NCBI GenBank assembly: GCA_050613775.1
Contig: JBODTK010000119.1
Coordinates: 62,001-126,000 of the forward strand
From: Neocallimastix sp. 'constans'
Taxonomy: Eukaryota
DNA length: 64,000 nt
Reading direction: 5' to 3'
The notes below the pieces were generated by a model. The model was given only the letters and a program-made list of their open reading frames with translations. It searched no databases and was not told where the DNA came from. Shown here piece by piece: positions 27,172 through 41,775 of this stretch. Both the position numbers and the translations under genes were made by a program. Position 1 is the first letter of the stretch. Each line of letters begins with the position of its first letter.

Positions 27172-28590
27172 ATGTTAAGTGAAGACAGTTTTCCTAGCTT
27201 GAAGAAATCCATACCTACTTCAAATAATGACACATTTGTTCAAAAGCCAATAATAATGAAATATTCTGATGTATTAAAACAAAAGAAAACAAATAACATC
27301 AATAATACTTTAAAATTTAGTGAAATAGTTGAAAAAAAAACTAATGAAGCTAAAAAGACTAATACTGTAATTAATGATATTTCGGAAAAAACAAAAAATT
27401 TATCACTTAATCATAATGAATGTTCAACAGAATGTGACGTTTCTAAATCACATTCTAATAATGAACATAATATAAACCAAAATAAGGAAGAAGACATTCA
27501 AAAGAAATATCAAAATGACTTAGATAAAATTATTAAAATACAAACTTGGTGGAGAATCGTTTCAAAAATAAATTCTTTAAAAAATATAAAAAAGAATAGT
27601 AATGAGGAAAAAAGTGGAGAGAAAAAAGATGATAATCAAAAGAGAGATATTAATACTGTTAAAACTGTTTCTAAAAAACCTTCATTTTCTGATATTGTAA
27701 AATTATCACCTTCACCTAAATCGGTAAATAATGAAGAACCTTTAAATAATTTAAAGAAGCAAAACAAAAGAAATAAAAAGAATAATATGTTTAAAAATCG
27801 AAGCAAAGTAGAAAATGAAAGAAAAAATCAATCAAAAACCAAAAAAATTAATGAAGAGTTAAATACAAAATTTAAAAATATGAAATTTATGGGTTTAATT
27901 GAAAAAGAAATTGATGCTTTAACTAAAAAGAATACTATTGTTAATGGTAAACAATTTGCTAAAACAAAAATTGTAACTGTTAAAAAATTTTCAAGAAATG
28001 GTTCATTCGCGAAATTTAATATTGATGAGATAATTAATAGTATCAAAGAAAACAAAAATAAAAGTAATAAAAATGAAAATGAAACTAGTGATATAAAGTC
28101 ACATTCAAAGAAAAATGTTTGCTTTAATGAAAAAGATGAAGTTTTTAATGAATATAATCATGTTATGAAGAAATTAGATTTACAAAGAAGATGTGATAAA
28201 AAATCATGTCTTATTGATTGTTATAGACGTTTATATAAAAGAGAATGGAAAGGCGATGAAGAAGTTAGTGAAGAAAGTATTACGAGTAATAGCGAAAGTG
28301 AAGATAATAATGAAATTATAACTACCACTCCATTGAAGAAAGAATCAGATTATTTATATAATGATATTTACAATCCAAATTATACAAAATATTATAGTGG
28401 TTCTGATTTTGATTTTGGTAATCGTTACTTTACTGGTAAAGAAAGATTAAAGAAAGCTCTCCATTTAGAACCTGTTGAAATAACAGTAAAAAAAATTATT
28501 TATCAACCAATAAAATTCCATAAGAATAGACGTTTTCAACAAAAGAAGAAAAATAATAATAAGAGAAAACAAAAGAGCCAAACAAATTAA
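27172..28590 (+). CDS. Intronless 472-aa Lys/Asn-rich protein with an IQ-like motif; function unknown
   Basis: Long open frame containing IIKIQTWWRIVSK. It also has an N-terminal SFPSL and three [KS][FY]S[DE][IV][LV] motifs. Confidence 0.75.
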   Translation: MLSEDSFPSLKKSIPTSNNDTFVQKPIIMKYSDVLKQKKTNNINNTLKFSEIVEKKTNEAKKTNTVINDISEKTKNLSLNHNECSTECDVSKSHSNNEHNINQNKEEDIQKKYQNDLDKIIKIQTWWRIVSKINSLKNIKKNSNEEKSGEKKDDNQKRDINTVKTVSKKPSFSDIVKLSPSPKSVNNEEPLNNLKKQNKRNKKNNMFKNRSKVENERKNQSKTKKINEELNTKFKNMKFMGLIEKEIDALTKKNTIVNGKQFAKTKIVTVKKFSRNGSFAKFNIDEIINSIKENKNKSNKNENETSDIKSHSKKNVCFNEKDEVFNEYNHVMKKLDLQRRCDKKSCLIDCYRRLYKREWKGDEEVSEESITSNSESEDNNEIITTTPLKKESDYLYNDIYNPNYTKYYSGSDFDFGNRYFTGKERLKKALHLEPVEITVKKIIYQPIKFHKNRRFQQKKKNNNKRKQKSQTN

Positions 28591-30105
28591 ATAGAAAAAA
28601 AGAATTAAGGTAAAAATAAAATATATATTAATATTTTATTTTATTTATTTATTATAATTTTTTTTTTTTTTAAAAAAAAAAAAAAAATATATTTATACTC
28701 GTTTCAATCATTCTTTATCTAAAACTGGTTTTTATTTTTATTTTTATTATTATTATTAATATTGAAAATATAACAGTTATGTAAATATATTTTAAAAAAG
28801 TCTTCTTAAATTTTTAGAATTCCATCTACTAATTTTAAAGAAGAGGAAAAAAAAAGGAATTGTACATCACTTAATTTAAGAAATTATTTATTTTAATAGA
28901 AAATATAATAAAAAATAGTTTTCCTTTTTTTTTCTATTTTTATTTATATTTTCTATATTTTAAATTAAATTTTATTTTTAAACTTTTTATATACCATCTC
29001 AAATACTTAAATAAGTGAAATAAAAATAAATAATAACGATTAAATAGATAAAAAAATAATTTTTTTTTATATTATTTTTTTATATATTTATTCAAATAAT
29101 TTATTTCATTTATTTTTGTTTCTATTTTTATTTTATTTAATTTTTTTTTTTCTTTGAAGTATTATCATTTGCTCTTTTTAATTATTCTTTCCATAAAACC
29201 TTTTATCAGCACTTTTTTTTTTCTACATATTTTTAATATTAATTTTAGTATTATAATTTAGTATTTTATAGTATTTTAAGTATTATTTAGTAATTTTTAT
29301 TTTCATTATTTTCATTATTTTCATTATTTTCATTTTGTTTTTCATTTTGTTTTTCATTTTACAGATTTTCAATATCATATTTTTTTTTTTAATTGCATAT
29401 ATATATATTATAAAAAAAGAATGAAAAATGTAAAGAAATATTATTTTTATAATTCTTTTTTCAAAAATATAAAGTTTATTAATGAACATTCATTTATATA
29501 TATATATATTTATATTTATATAATCATTATCATAAATATTAAATAAACTTTAAAAAAAAAAAAAAAAACTTTTTCATTGATGTATATTTTATAAATATGA
29601 ATTGATAAAATAATTAAAAATGGTTATCATATAATTGATAAAAGAATTGTTATAAAATAATAATAATAATAATAATAATCTAATTAATTTCAAAAGTTTA
29701 AGATTAGCTCTACTCTTAATTCTTCAAGAAATGACTATTGATGGTAATTATACCTAAATATATCATATATTAATATATGTTATAATAGTACCAGTTCCGA
29801 ACAAAGAACCTGTTGTAATTCAATTTTTGATGATCATTCTTATGGTTAAGGGGAGAGTTTAGTGGATACTTCAACTATCTATTTTAAAGATATAACTTCT
29901 TTGTTTTATTATTTTAGATTTTAATAGTGATCATATTACTTCACAGAGTATACATTCTACCGAAATTTTTTTTACAACTATTGAACTTATTTTTATTCTT
30001 TATTGCATTAAATTTTCTATGATTAATTAAAATTTGTTTATTTTTAATTTTAGAAATTGAAATTTTATAAAACTTCATATATATATATATTTTTATAATA
30101 GAATT

Positions 30106-30151
<46 letters not shown>

Positions 30152-30961
30152 TAAAACTAAAATAAAATTAACTATATATTCATTATCTCTTATTTAATAT
30201 ATTAACTAATTATTTATAATCTTTTTCTTTATACTTTTTTTTTTATTACAAAAAATTATTCCTTTATTTTTATTTTTTATTTTTTTTTTTTTTTTTTTTT
30301 TATTATTTGTATACATTTTACATAATACTAATATTTTTTTTTTTGTTATAGCTTTTTTTTTTTATTATTATTATTGACTTAAACAATTTATAAATATTGA
30401 AAAAATTAATGAATGAATAGATATATTATAAATAAATAAATTAATAAAATAAATAAAACAAATAAAATAAAATAAAATTTAAAAGAATTAATTGATAGAA
30501 AAGGAAAAAAAAAGTTTATATGCATACAAGAGATTTTTTAATTAGAAAGTAAAAACGATATTAAATTAAATTATATTTTTAAATATATATATATATATTA
30601 ATAACAAATAATTAAAAAAAAAAAAAAAAAAATTATTTAAATTATATATAATTATTTTTTATGACTTTTATATATTTATTATTCTGATATAAAAAATGAT
30701 AAACTAATATCGAATAAATATAAATATAATAGTCATATTTATATAAATCTATTATTATATATTTTATAAACCTTTAAATTTTTAAATTTTAATTTTAAAA
30801 AAAAAAAAAATTTTTTTTTTGACGATTTTTACTTTTTCTTTTTTTTTTTTTTTTTTTTTTTTTCATTTTTCTTTTTTTTTTTTTTTTTATTATTATTATT
30901 TAAAAATTCAATAATAATTGAAAATTTTTCATTATTTTTATTATTATTATTATTTTTATTT

Positions 30962-32192
30962 TTAATCATCTTCTTCATATTCATCTCCATAATCTTCTAT
31001 ACCATTTAATTTGAAAAACTTTTGATCGAGACCATCAAAATCATTAAATTTAAAATTTTTATTTATAATGTCAAAACCGTCTATATCATCACCATATTTT
31101 TTAATATCTTCATCATAATCTTCATTTTTATTATTATTAGAATTATCGCTTCTGTCATCATTTTCTGGTGCTTTTGGTGCTTTTGATTTTGTTGGATTAA
31201 CAGCATAGAATACTTTGTATTTTGGATTACATTTTGAAAAGGCATTAATACAATCAATCGGACCTTCTACTTCAAATGCATTCTTTGCATGGAAACATAA
31301 ACGTACTTCAGACATATATTGACGTTTTTCATGTTTGTTAAAGACACAGTTAATTTCAACTTGGGTATTATTAAATGCATTTTTGAATGCATTTTGAAGG
31401 GTATCAAGATTGTAACCATCTTTATCATTGGGTAAAATTTCCATTTTTTCAAGAATTGGATATAAATCATATATAGAACGCAATTCTACTGCCTTTTCAA
31501 AATAAGAAATTATATCATCATCTTTTTTGTAATTAGTACCAATGCATTGTGGAGTAATGGTAGATACACATTGACCATGTTTGTTCCATTCGTGAGCCCA
31601 GAACCAATTATTATCCTTAAGAGGATCTGGATTACCACTAAGCCAAATTTTTTCCATTTCTGAAAGTAAGTCTTCATCTTTGGAACGAATGACTTCTTCA
31701 ATATTTTCTTCTTCTCTTTCTGGATTACAATTAGTTAAATATGTTACACCATCACAATTACCTGGCCATAGGCCATGTAATGTCCATGTATCTTTTTCGA
31801 CTTTCTTTAAAGTACCTTTTTTACATGGTTTATTTCTACCAGCATTTTTACAATAACTATTAAATTCATATATTAAAATTAAATTTTTAATTGATAAGTC
31901 TCTTTTTTTTTTTTTTTTTTTTTTACTTTTATAATTTTATAACCATTACAATTTTTATTCAAATAATTTATTATTACCTTGGAAGCCATTGAAGTGAAAG
32001 AATTAAATGACCTTGGTCTGGAACACAACATTTATTAACTAATCCTTGATATCCTGAACATGCTACAATATCATAGGTTGGACATTCAACATTTTTTACT
32101 TTGTTGGAAATGAATTCATGAGAATCTAATACTCTACCATAGATTTGAATTATAAAAAATAGAGAAAGTAAAGCAATTATAAAATTGGTCAT
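30962..32192 (-). CDS. Secreted ribonuclease T2 family protein; exons 32192-31978 and 31856-30962
   Basis: Signal peptide, CAS-I WTLHGLWPGNCDG and CAS-II FWAHEWNKHGQC. A phase-2 GT-AG intron restores the frame. The C-terminal tail is acidic. Confidence 0.95.
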
Positions 32193-33451
32193 TTTTAAAT
32201 ATATATATTCATAGCTTTTATAAAACGATTTTTTTGTTGTTGTGGTTATTGTTTTTTTTTTAAAATAATAATTTACTTATTTTATTTTTTTATATTAATT
32301 ATAGATATTTACAGATACTTGTATTAAATTATAAATATAAAAGTAATTTAAAATAATACATATAATAGTAATTTTTTTTTTTAATTTTTATTTTATTTTT
32401 CTTCTAAAGAGAAAAAAAAATATTTAAAATATTGTTTTTCAAATAAAAAGATATATAATATTTTTGTTGCTATTTAACAATAAAATAATAATTGAAAAAA
32501 AAAAAAATTAAAATAAAATAAAATAAAAAAAAAAAAAGAAGTAAAGAAGTAAAGAAGTAAAATTTTTTTTTAATTTATTAAAAAAGATTAAAAAATATAT
32601 AAAATAAAATAAAATAAAATAAAACGTAATATATATATATTATTATTATTAAAAACTTTTTATATTAAATTTAAAAAACTTTAACAAATAATTAAATATT
32701 AATGCATAAATAAATATATGGTAAATAATAAAATACTTATTATATATAATTAATCCCCTATTTTATAAAATTAATGAGCAATAAATTATAAATACTTTAC
32801 AGTTTTATATAATTTTTAATTATTTATGTATAGATATTATTATTTAGTTTTAATTAATATATATAATATATTTTATGATAAAATATTACATATAAATTAT
32901 TTATAAAATACTAAATACTAACATTTTTATAGATATTACACCATATTAATAAAAATAATAAAGTGATTAATTAATAAATATTATTAAGTTAATAAATTTT
33001 TATTCAATCTATATTCAATTCAATTCAATTCAATTCAATTATATATAAAAATAAAAATATTAATTTAATATTAAAAAATAAATCTAATAAAAATTAATAT
33101 TATAATATCTGTCTTTCTATTAAACTAAAATGAACTTTTTAAATTCCTATTTTAGAAAACTAAATAAAAAAAATATTACAAAAATGACTTTTTTTATGTT
33201 ATTAATTTTGAGAAATTTATAATAAAAAATAAAAAAGCAAACAAATTCTCAAAGATTTAGTAATTTTTTAATATTAAAAATACATAATAATTGATATTGA
33301 TAAACAAATTTTATATTAATTTTTTTTTCTAATCAGTGTAAAATAAATAATTTAAATAAGACTTATAAAAAAAATAATACTTTTTTTTTTCTTTTTTTCC
33401 TTTTTATACTATATATATATATATTAATTATTTAATATTTTATGTTTTTTC

Positions 33452-35200
33452 ACTATTTATTTTATTTTATTTTATTTTATTCCATCTGTACTTTAATATT
33501 TATTATTCTACTATTTATTTTATTTTATTTTATTCCATCTGTACTTTAATATTTATTTTTCTACTATTTATTTTATTTGATTTTTATTAATACTTTAATA
33601 TTTATATTACTTCACTATTTATTATTTTATTTTATTTTATTTTATTTTATTTTATTTTATTTTATTTTATTTATTTTATTTTATTTTATTTTATTTTATT
33701 TTATTTTATTTATTTTATTTTATTTTATATACTTGTTCTTTTATATTATCATTCAACATTTATTTTATTTTTATTTTATTTTATTTTATTTTATTTTATT
33801 TTATTTTATTTTATTTTATTTTATTTTATTTTATTTTATTTTATTTTATTTTATTTTATTTTATTTTATTTTATATACTTGTTCTTTTATATTATCATTC
33901 AACATTTATTTTATTTTATTTTATTTTATTTTATTTTATTTTATTTTATTTATATTTTATTTTATTTTATTTTATTTTATTTTATTTTATTTTATTTTAT
34001 TTTATATACTTGTTCTTTTATATTATCATTCAACATTTATTTTATTTTATTTTATTTTATTTTATTTTATTTTATTTTATTTTATTTTATTTTATTTAGT
34101 TTTATTTTATTTTATTTTATTTTATTTTATTTTATTTTATTTTATTTTATTTTATTTTATTTTATTTTATTTTATGTTATTTTATTTTATTTTATTTTAT
34201 TTTATTTTATTTTATTTTATTTTTATTTTATTTATTTTTATTTTATTTTATTTTATTTTATTTTATTTTATTTTATTTTATTTTATATACTTGTTCTTTT
34301 ATATTATCATTCAACATTTATTTTATTTTATTTTATTTTAATTTTTTTATTTTATTTTATTTTATTTTATTTTATTTTATTTTATTTTATTTTATTTTAT
34401 TTTATTTATTTTATTTTATTTTATTTTATTTTATTTTATTTTATTTTATTTTAGTTTTATTTTATTTTATTTTATTTTATTTTATTTTATTTTATTTTAT
34501 TTTATTTTATTTTTATTTTATTTTATTTTATTTTATTTTATTTTATTTTATTTTATGTTTATTTTATTTTATTTTATTTTATTTTATTTTATTTTATTTT
34601 ATTTTATTTTATTTTATTTTATTTTATTTTATTTTATTTTATTTTATTTTATTTTATTTTATTTTATTTTATATACTTGTTCTTTTATATTATCATTCAA
34701 CATTTATTTTATTTTATTTTATTTTATTTTATATACTTGTTCTTTTATATTATCATTCAAACATTTATTTTATTTTATTTTATTTTATTTTATATACTTG
34801 TTCTTTTATATTATCATTCAACATTTATTTTATTTTATTTTATTTTATTTTATATACTTGTTCTTTTATATTATCATTCAACATTTATTTTATTTTATTT
34901 TATTTTATTTTATATACTTGTTCTTTTATATTATCATTCAACATTTATTTTATTTTATTTTATTTTATTTTATTTTATTTTATTTTATTTTATTTTATTT
35001 TATTTTATTTTATTTTATTTTATTTTATTTTATTTTATTTTATTCAATCTGTACTTTAATTATATTCATATTCTACTATTTATTTTATTTTATTTTATTT
35101 TATTCCATCTGTACTTTATATTTAATATTCTACTATTTATTTTATTTTATTTTATTTTTATTAATACTTTACTACTATATAATACTTTACTACTTTGTAA
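33452..35200 (+). repeat. Composite (TTTTA)n satellite with about 9 embedded ~34-bp units, flanked by copies of the ttccatctgtacttt minisatellite
   Basis: The unit tatacttgttcttttatattatcattcaacattt occurs near 33728, 33873, 34005, 34285, 34672, 34732, 34793, 34853 and 34913. Flanks at 33480-33570 and 35043-35140 match the 5.6-5.9 kb array. Confidence 0.9.
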
Positions 35201-36536
35201 TACTTTGATATTTTAATTTTTTATGTATTTTTAATCAAAATTTAATATATTTTGAAATACTATGGAATATACTAATTTACTTCATTATTTATGTTTTCTC
35301 TAAAATATAAAAAAATAAAAGAAAAAAAAATAAAATAGTATAGTAGTTAAAAAACATTTCTTTAATTTTAAATTTAATAGTGATAATTAAATATTATTAA
35401 AAGATAATTTAGGACAGATTAGGGATTATGGTAATAAACCAAATGATTCTAATATTACTTAATTAAAGTTCAATAATAAGAAATTTTTAACTATTAAAAC
35501 TTTAATAGTTTATTATATAAATATATTAAAAATAATTTAAATATTAATTAATATGTTAAGCAATAAAGTAAAGAGTTTGTGATTAATCCTTCAAATAAAA
35601 TTTTTTTTTTCTTTTTTTCTATTTTTCAAAATAAATAATTTATATTGACAGTTAGATATAGAAAAACAATTTACAACAAATATTTAATTAAAATATATTA
35701 TTTCTTTATAAACGGCTTCCATATTATTTTTTGTTGTAACTAACATAATTATTATTATTATTATATTAATAATTATATATATAAATCTTTATTATTGTTT
35801 CTTCAATCCAAATCATTTTTAAAATGATAATGACTAAATTAATTTTTATTATTTTATTGAAATATATTATAAAATGTTAAAATTTAGCATAATATTTAAA
35901 CTTTGTACATTAAAGTATTATAAATATTTATAATATTTGGTTATATAATAACTTGTATGAAAAATATAAAAAAGGAAAATTATATTAAATTAATATTTGG
36001 AAGTCTTTCTAAAAATTTTATATTGAATTATATATACAAATTAATAATAAATAAAATTTAATTATGTAATAATACATTTTTTGAAGTGTATGCATTATAT
36101 TTTTTATTGACTTTTTAACATAATATATTATAATATACTATTTTTTTTTTAATACTATTTTTTAATATTGTAATATTATAAATTATAATATTAATTTTTA
36201 TTAGATCTATTTATTATTATCACAATTTTAATCTTTGAATATTGATAAATGAAAATAAAATTTTTTAAATATATTGTGCTAATTGACTTAGAACTTTTAA
36301 AAAATGAAAATTTTGTAATTAAATGGATTTACCTGAAAAGAATGTTTGAATATATATAAGATTTATTTTCAAGAAATGAAATATTAATTTCAAAAAAATT
36401 TTATACTTGGAGTGTAGGATTAGGTAAATCAATAAATGTAATTATTAAATTCTCTAAACAAAAAAAAAAAAAAAAAAAAAAAAAAGAAAACTCTCAAGAT
36501 TCACATAGTCAAGATATTTAAAGAAGAGATTTGATT

Positions 36537-36640
<104 letters not shown>

Positions 36641-37504
36641 CAAGAATAGATTCTTATAACTTGTCAAAGTCTTGGTGACTATCATTTTATTTTCTATGGG
36701 TTTATTTAATTATTTTTTTTTTTTTTTTTTTTTTTTTGTAGCAAATATATAAATAAATGGATATGACATTGATTAGGGTCTTATTTTTATTTAATTTCTT
36801 GTTTTTATTTTATTAATTAATAATAGTTATATGAATAAAATAATCATGAAATAACTCTATTTAAAGGATAAAAAGTATTTAAAAATAAAAATAGTTAAAA
36901 TATATAATTTAATTATAAGATAGGTTTTTACTATTTTTTCCTTTTTTTTTTTTTTTTTTACAGTTATTATCAATAATATCAATAAAAGAGTTTTGATTTA
37001 TTTTATTTAATAAATCTAACTAAAAAAAATTAGTTCAGTTATTAGATTTATTGTGAACAAAAAGAATAAGTATTTTAAAATTAAAATTTTTAATAATTAT
37101 ATATATGTGATATTAAGCATATTTTTAAACAAAAGTTTATTGTGAAATGTAATAATAAGAAAAAATATTATTATAAATATATCTTTCATAAAAATAAAGG
37201 CATAAATTTTAACATTTAATAACTAATATTTAATTAAAAATTTTTTAATTCAAAAATTAATAATTTCAATGATAAAATTTAAAATTATAAAAATTTTAAT
37301 TATTAATATTATAAATATATACATGATTTAAAGTGTATTATTGAATAGTGTTATTTTTTTTTTAATTTTTATATTTTGATTACATATATTTTTTTTTGTT
37401 AAAGAGTATAATCATTTTTTATTTTCATATATATATATATATTTTAATTTTATATTTAAATATTATATATATGTATTAAAATAAATTTCTTGATATATGT
37501 AGTT

Positions 37505-38473
37505 ATGAAGAAAAGAGTCAACTCCAAATTATTTTATATTAACAATAGACCATTAACATTTAAATTACCAAATAACTCACAGAAAAGTTTTTTTAAGGAA
37601 AAGATATTGGTATAATTTTTATTTTGTTCAATTGCTTTCTTATATATTTATTTATTTTATTAATAACTAATAATTAAAAATATATATATATATATTATAA
37701 TAATTACAATAATTATTATAAATATTATTATTATAATTATTATTTAAAATATATCTTTTGAAAAAATATAATAAAATTAAAGGAAGGAGGTGGAGTTGTT
37801 ATAGAGAGTGAAGACGCGGATATTATTATATTTAATAAAAACGATGTATCTAATGCACAGAATGTTTATAAAGAAGATATTGTTATAGATTCTTATTTTT
37901 ATAATCAGTTACAGGAATTGGATAAATATAAAGTAAGAAAGTTTATTAAAAACCAACAACCGCAACAAGTAATAAAAATTAATGGACCCATGAAAATGAG
38001 AAAAAAGAGGTTATTATTTGATATATATTATATTAATTTAAATTAAATTAGAATTATAATAAAAATTTTTAAAATATATATATATATATATAAAAAAAAA
38101 AAAAAAAAAAAAAATTAAATTTTTGTTTTGTATAGTTTAGTTGTTATTATAGTTATAAATAATAATAATAATAAAATAATAATATTACTATTAATTATAT
38201 TTATTTCTTTATGTAAAAATTATATAAATTATTGTAATAGTTCCTCATATATAATAGTATAATGTTAATTAATTTAAAAAAAGTTTTTAAATATATGAAT
38301 GATTTAATAAAAATTATATAATTATTCCTTTTTATTTTTAATAATTATTTATATATAATTAAAAAAATTTTAATAGAATTGAATATACTAGAGAAGATGA
38401 TAAAATACTTGCTTCATATGTCAAAGATTGCTTATATCCTCAAGGGAAAAATATATATTTAGAATTAGAAGAG

Positions 38474-38517
<44 letters not shown>

Positions 38518-39078
38518 TTAAATTATATATATATATATATATTTTTTTTATTTATTTTATTTTAATTAATATTAATATAAATAAATTTATTTTTTATTAT
38601 TATTTAAGTATCCTCATCATTCTTGGCAGTCATGGAAAGAAAGATATAAAAAAGTTGTTGGTCCGGCAATGAGGACAGGCAATTGGTCTATAACATATTT
38701 TAGTGATAAACATCCAAATATTACTGAAAATAACAGTAATACATTAATTTAATATTTACTGATAATATATTAAATTTATTGTACTAAATTCTTATTATTA
38801 TTATTTTAACAATTTTTTTTTTTTTATACTTGTTTGTTTTATAATACCAAATTATTTATAAAATATATTAGATCGTTCTGTAAAGAATGACAATAATATT
38901 TATAATAATGATAATAATGATGAAATTAATAATAATAATAATAATAATAATCATATTATAACAAATAAAGCAATAAAACCACTAAAATTTGTACAAAGAA
39001 ATAATCATCAAAATAGTAGTTCTTCATCAAAACAGAAAAATGAAAATAATAATAATGAATATATTATTGATGAAATTG

Positions 39079-39135
<57 letters not shown>

Positions 39136-41296
39136 GCAATAATAATGATAATAATAGTAATTATAATCCTAATTATAATCATAATCATAATACTCTTGTA
39201 AATGATAAAAATAAAATTAATATTGATGATGAAGATGACATTGAAATTATTGATAAAGTCTTTGATAATAATGTTTTAAATAGTATTGAAGATAATAGCA
39301 ATAAGTTAAATGAAAGAATTCATAATGATAATAATAATAGAAAGAATTTTGCAGATGAAAACATAACTAATAAAAATGATAATAATAATAATAAAGACAT
39401 TATAAAAGATAATTCTATTGGAAAAAGAAAGAAAGAATTATCAAAAAGGGAACGGAGAAAATTATTCTATAATAAATTAGATGAAGAAAATACTTCTCAA
39501 ATAGAAGGTTTGTTATTTAGTTTTATTTACATATAAAACATAATATACGAATATAATTAAATATAAATGTTATATATACATTTAGTTAATTTAATAATAT
39601 ATTTTGTATCTTTTTCTTTTTATTACTATTACTATTATTATTATTATTATTATTTTTTTTTTTTAAATCAATTGTTAATATATTAATAAATATATTAATA
39701 GATATAGGAATTCCAGGTATTATAAAAGAAAGAAGATTGTATACTAAGAAAATGCGATTATCCAATGATACCAGTAAAAAAAGTGGATATGATTCAAATG
39801 AAGTTGTTATTGTACCAAATAAGAATATAATAATTACTAGTGAAAAAAATAATAATATTAATAATGAAAATAATAGTGATAATGAAAATACCTTTTTAAA
39901 TAATGAAGATAATATCAATAATAGTGATAAAGAAAAAAATTCAAATAGTGATGATGACAACAATACTGTAATTAATAATGAAAAAAATTTAAATAATGAA
40001 AATAATAATGATAGTTCTTTCATTGGTGGTAAAAATAATATAAATAATAAAGAGGTTGCTAATAATAATGAAGAAAATGTAAGTCAAGAAGAGAATAAGA
40101 AAACTTTTCAAAAAGGTTCACAAGTAAAAAGGTATGATAATACAAAAAGGAAATATTTATATTCATCATCTGATGAAGAGAATGAACTACAAACATATTT
40201 AAATAATTATTTTAGTGAAAAAAATATCAAAAAATATAGTAAAAATACACAAAATAATAACAGTAATTATGATAATAATAATAAAAATATTGATGAAAAT
40301 AATTTCCAGAATGAGAAAGAAAAAAGAACATTAATAAATGAGAAAGTGAATAATTACAATAATAAAACAATATTAGAAAGGGATGACGATAAAGATTGTA
40401 ATAAAGATAGAACCGAAATAACAAATAAAAATATAAATGAAAAGTTTAATGATAATCAAGAAATTAAATCAAAAAGTAATAAGAATGAACCAAAAAAACC
40501 ATTTATGATATCAAGTGAATTACTTACACGTAGTAATTCAAATATTTCTGAACAAGAAAGAAATATTAGTGTAAATAATTTAAAAAATTTAATTAAAAGA
40601 ATTAATAGTAATCAACTTTTAAATAAGGAAAATCAAATGACTGAATTAGAAAACAAAGGTAATAATAATGTAAATAATGTAAGTAACATTTTATCCCAAA
40701 CGAGTTCTACTGGAACTGATGATGATATGCTTTTAGATATCAAAAATAACAATAATACTAGAGAAATTCACCGAAAAGTTGGTTCAACTAATAATAACTC
40801 ATTTGATAAAAGCAATATTTACTTTAGTTATTCAAATATATTTGAAGATATCGTAGACTTTTCTTTGTCAAATAGTAGTATAGAATATGATAATTATCTT
40901 TCGAAAACCATTGAAAAATCTAAAAAACTAATAAATTTTCCAAAAGTGTCTGAAAAACATAAAAAATTATATATTCGATATTGTCGAGAGCTTTGTAAAA
41001 AAACACATAAAACAAAAAAGGAAATGTACGAATTATTACATCAATGTAATGGATCTTTTCCAGCCGTGAAAGAACTTTTAAAAATGAAGAATAAAAATAT
41101 GGAAGAACTATCTGATAATGAATTAAAAAAATGGATATGGACTAAAGAGGAAGATAAAATTTTATTAACAAGTAAAGATGAACAGCAATTGAAAAAAATA
41201 AGATTAATGAAAGGAAATAAATCTGTAAGATATAGAGAATTATATTTAGAAGCGAAAGAAATTTATAATAAACAAAATTTAGATAAGAAAAATTAA
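37505..41296 (+). CDS. RAP1: Rap1/TERF2IP-like telomere protein (BRCT, Myb, Asn-rich linker, Rap1 C-terminal domain); about 6 exons
   Basis: Exons 1-2 (37505-37609, 37783-~38009) give the BRCT-like KILEGGGVVI...IVIDSYFYNQLQELDKYKV. Exons 3-4 give the Rap1-type Myb RIEYTREDDKILASYV...GKNIYLELEEKYPHHSWQSWKERY. The C-terminus reads LLHQCNGS...IWTKEEDKILL...KGNKSVRYRELYL. Confidence 0.85.
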
Positions 41297-41435
41297 ATAA
41301 TCTAATAGATAAAATTTAAAGAGATGATAACAATAAATATCCATTATATAATCAAAATTAATATAACTATCTTGAACATTAAAATAATATATACAAAAAA
41401 CAAAAAACAAAAAACAAAAAACAAAAAACAAAAAA

Positions 41436-41474
<39 letters not shown>

Positions 41475-41712
41475 TAATAAAAGTTTGTTTTATTATTTAA
41501 TTGTTTAATTATTTTATTTATTTATTTATAAGATTTTATAAATAGGTAATTACAAATGTTTAACTTTGTTATTTTACATGTATTTATATCTTTTGTGGCT
41601 TGATTCTAGACTTAATACTTAATTTAATGTTATATTAAATTTAACTATTTTATATTACATTTATATCTATTAGTTTATATTTAATTTATTATTATTAAAG
41701 TAAACTTAAATC

Positions 41713-41775
<63 letters not shown>

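Noticed and set aside
29690..30000. GC-richer island possibly from a transposase (minus-strand RNWYYYN-like text)
   Set aside because: Too degraded to assign to any family.
33577..35216. ORFs of FYFIL repeats and a CRISPR-like look of the repeated 34-bp unit
   Set aside because: The ORFs are translations of (TTTTA)n. The spacers are simple repeats rather than unique sequences, no cas genes are present, and the context is eukaryotic.
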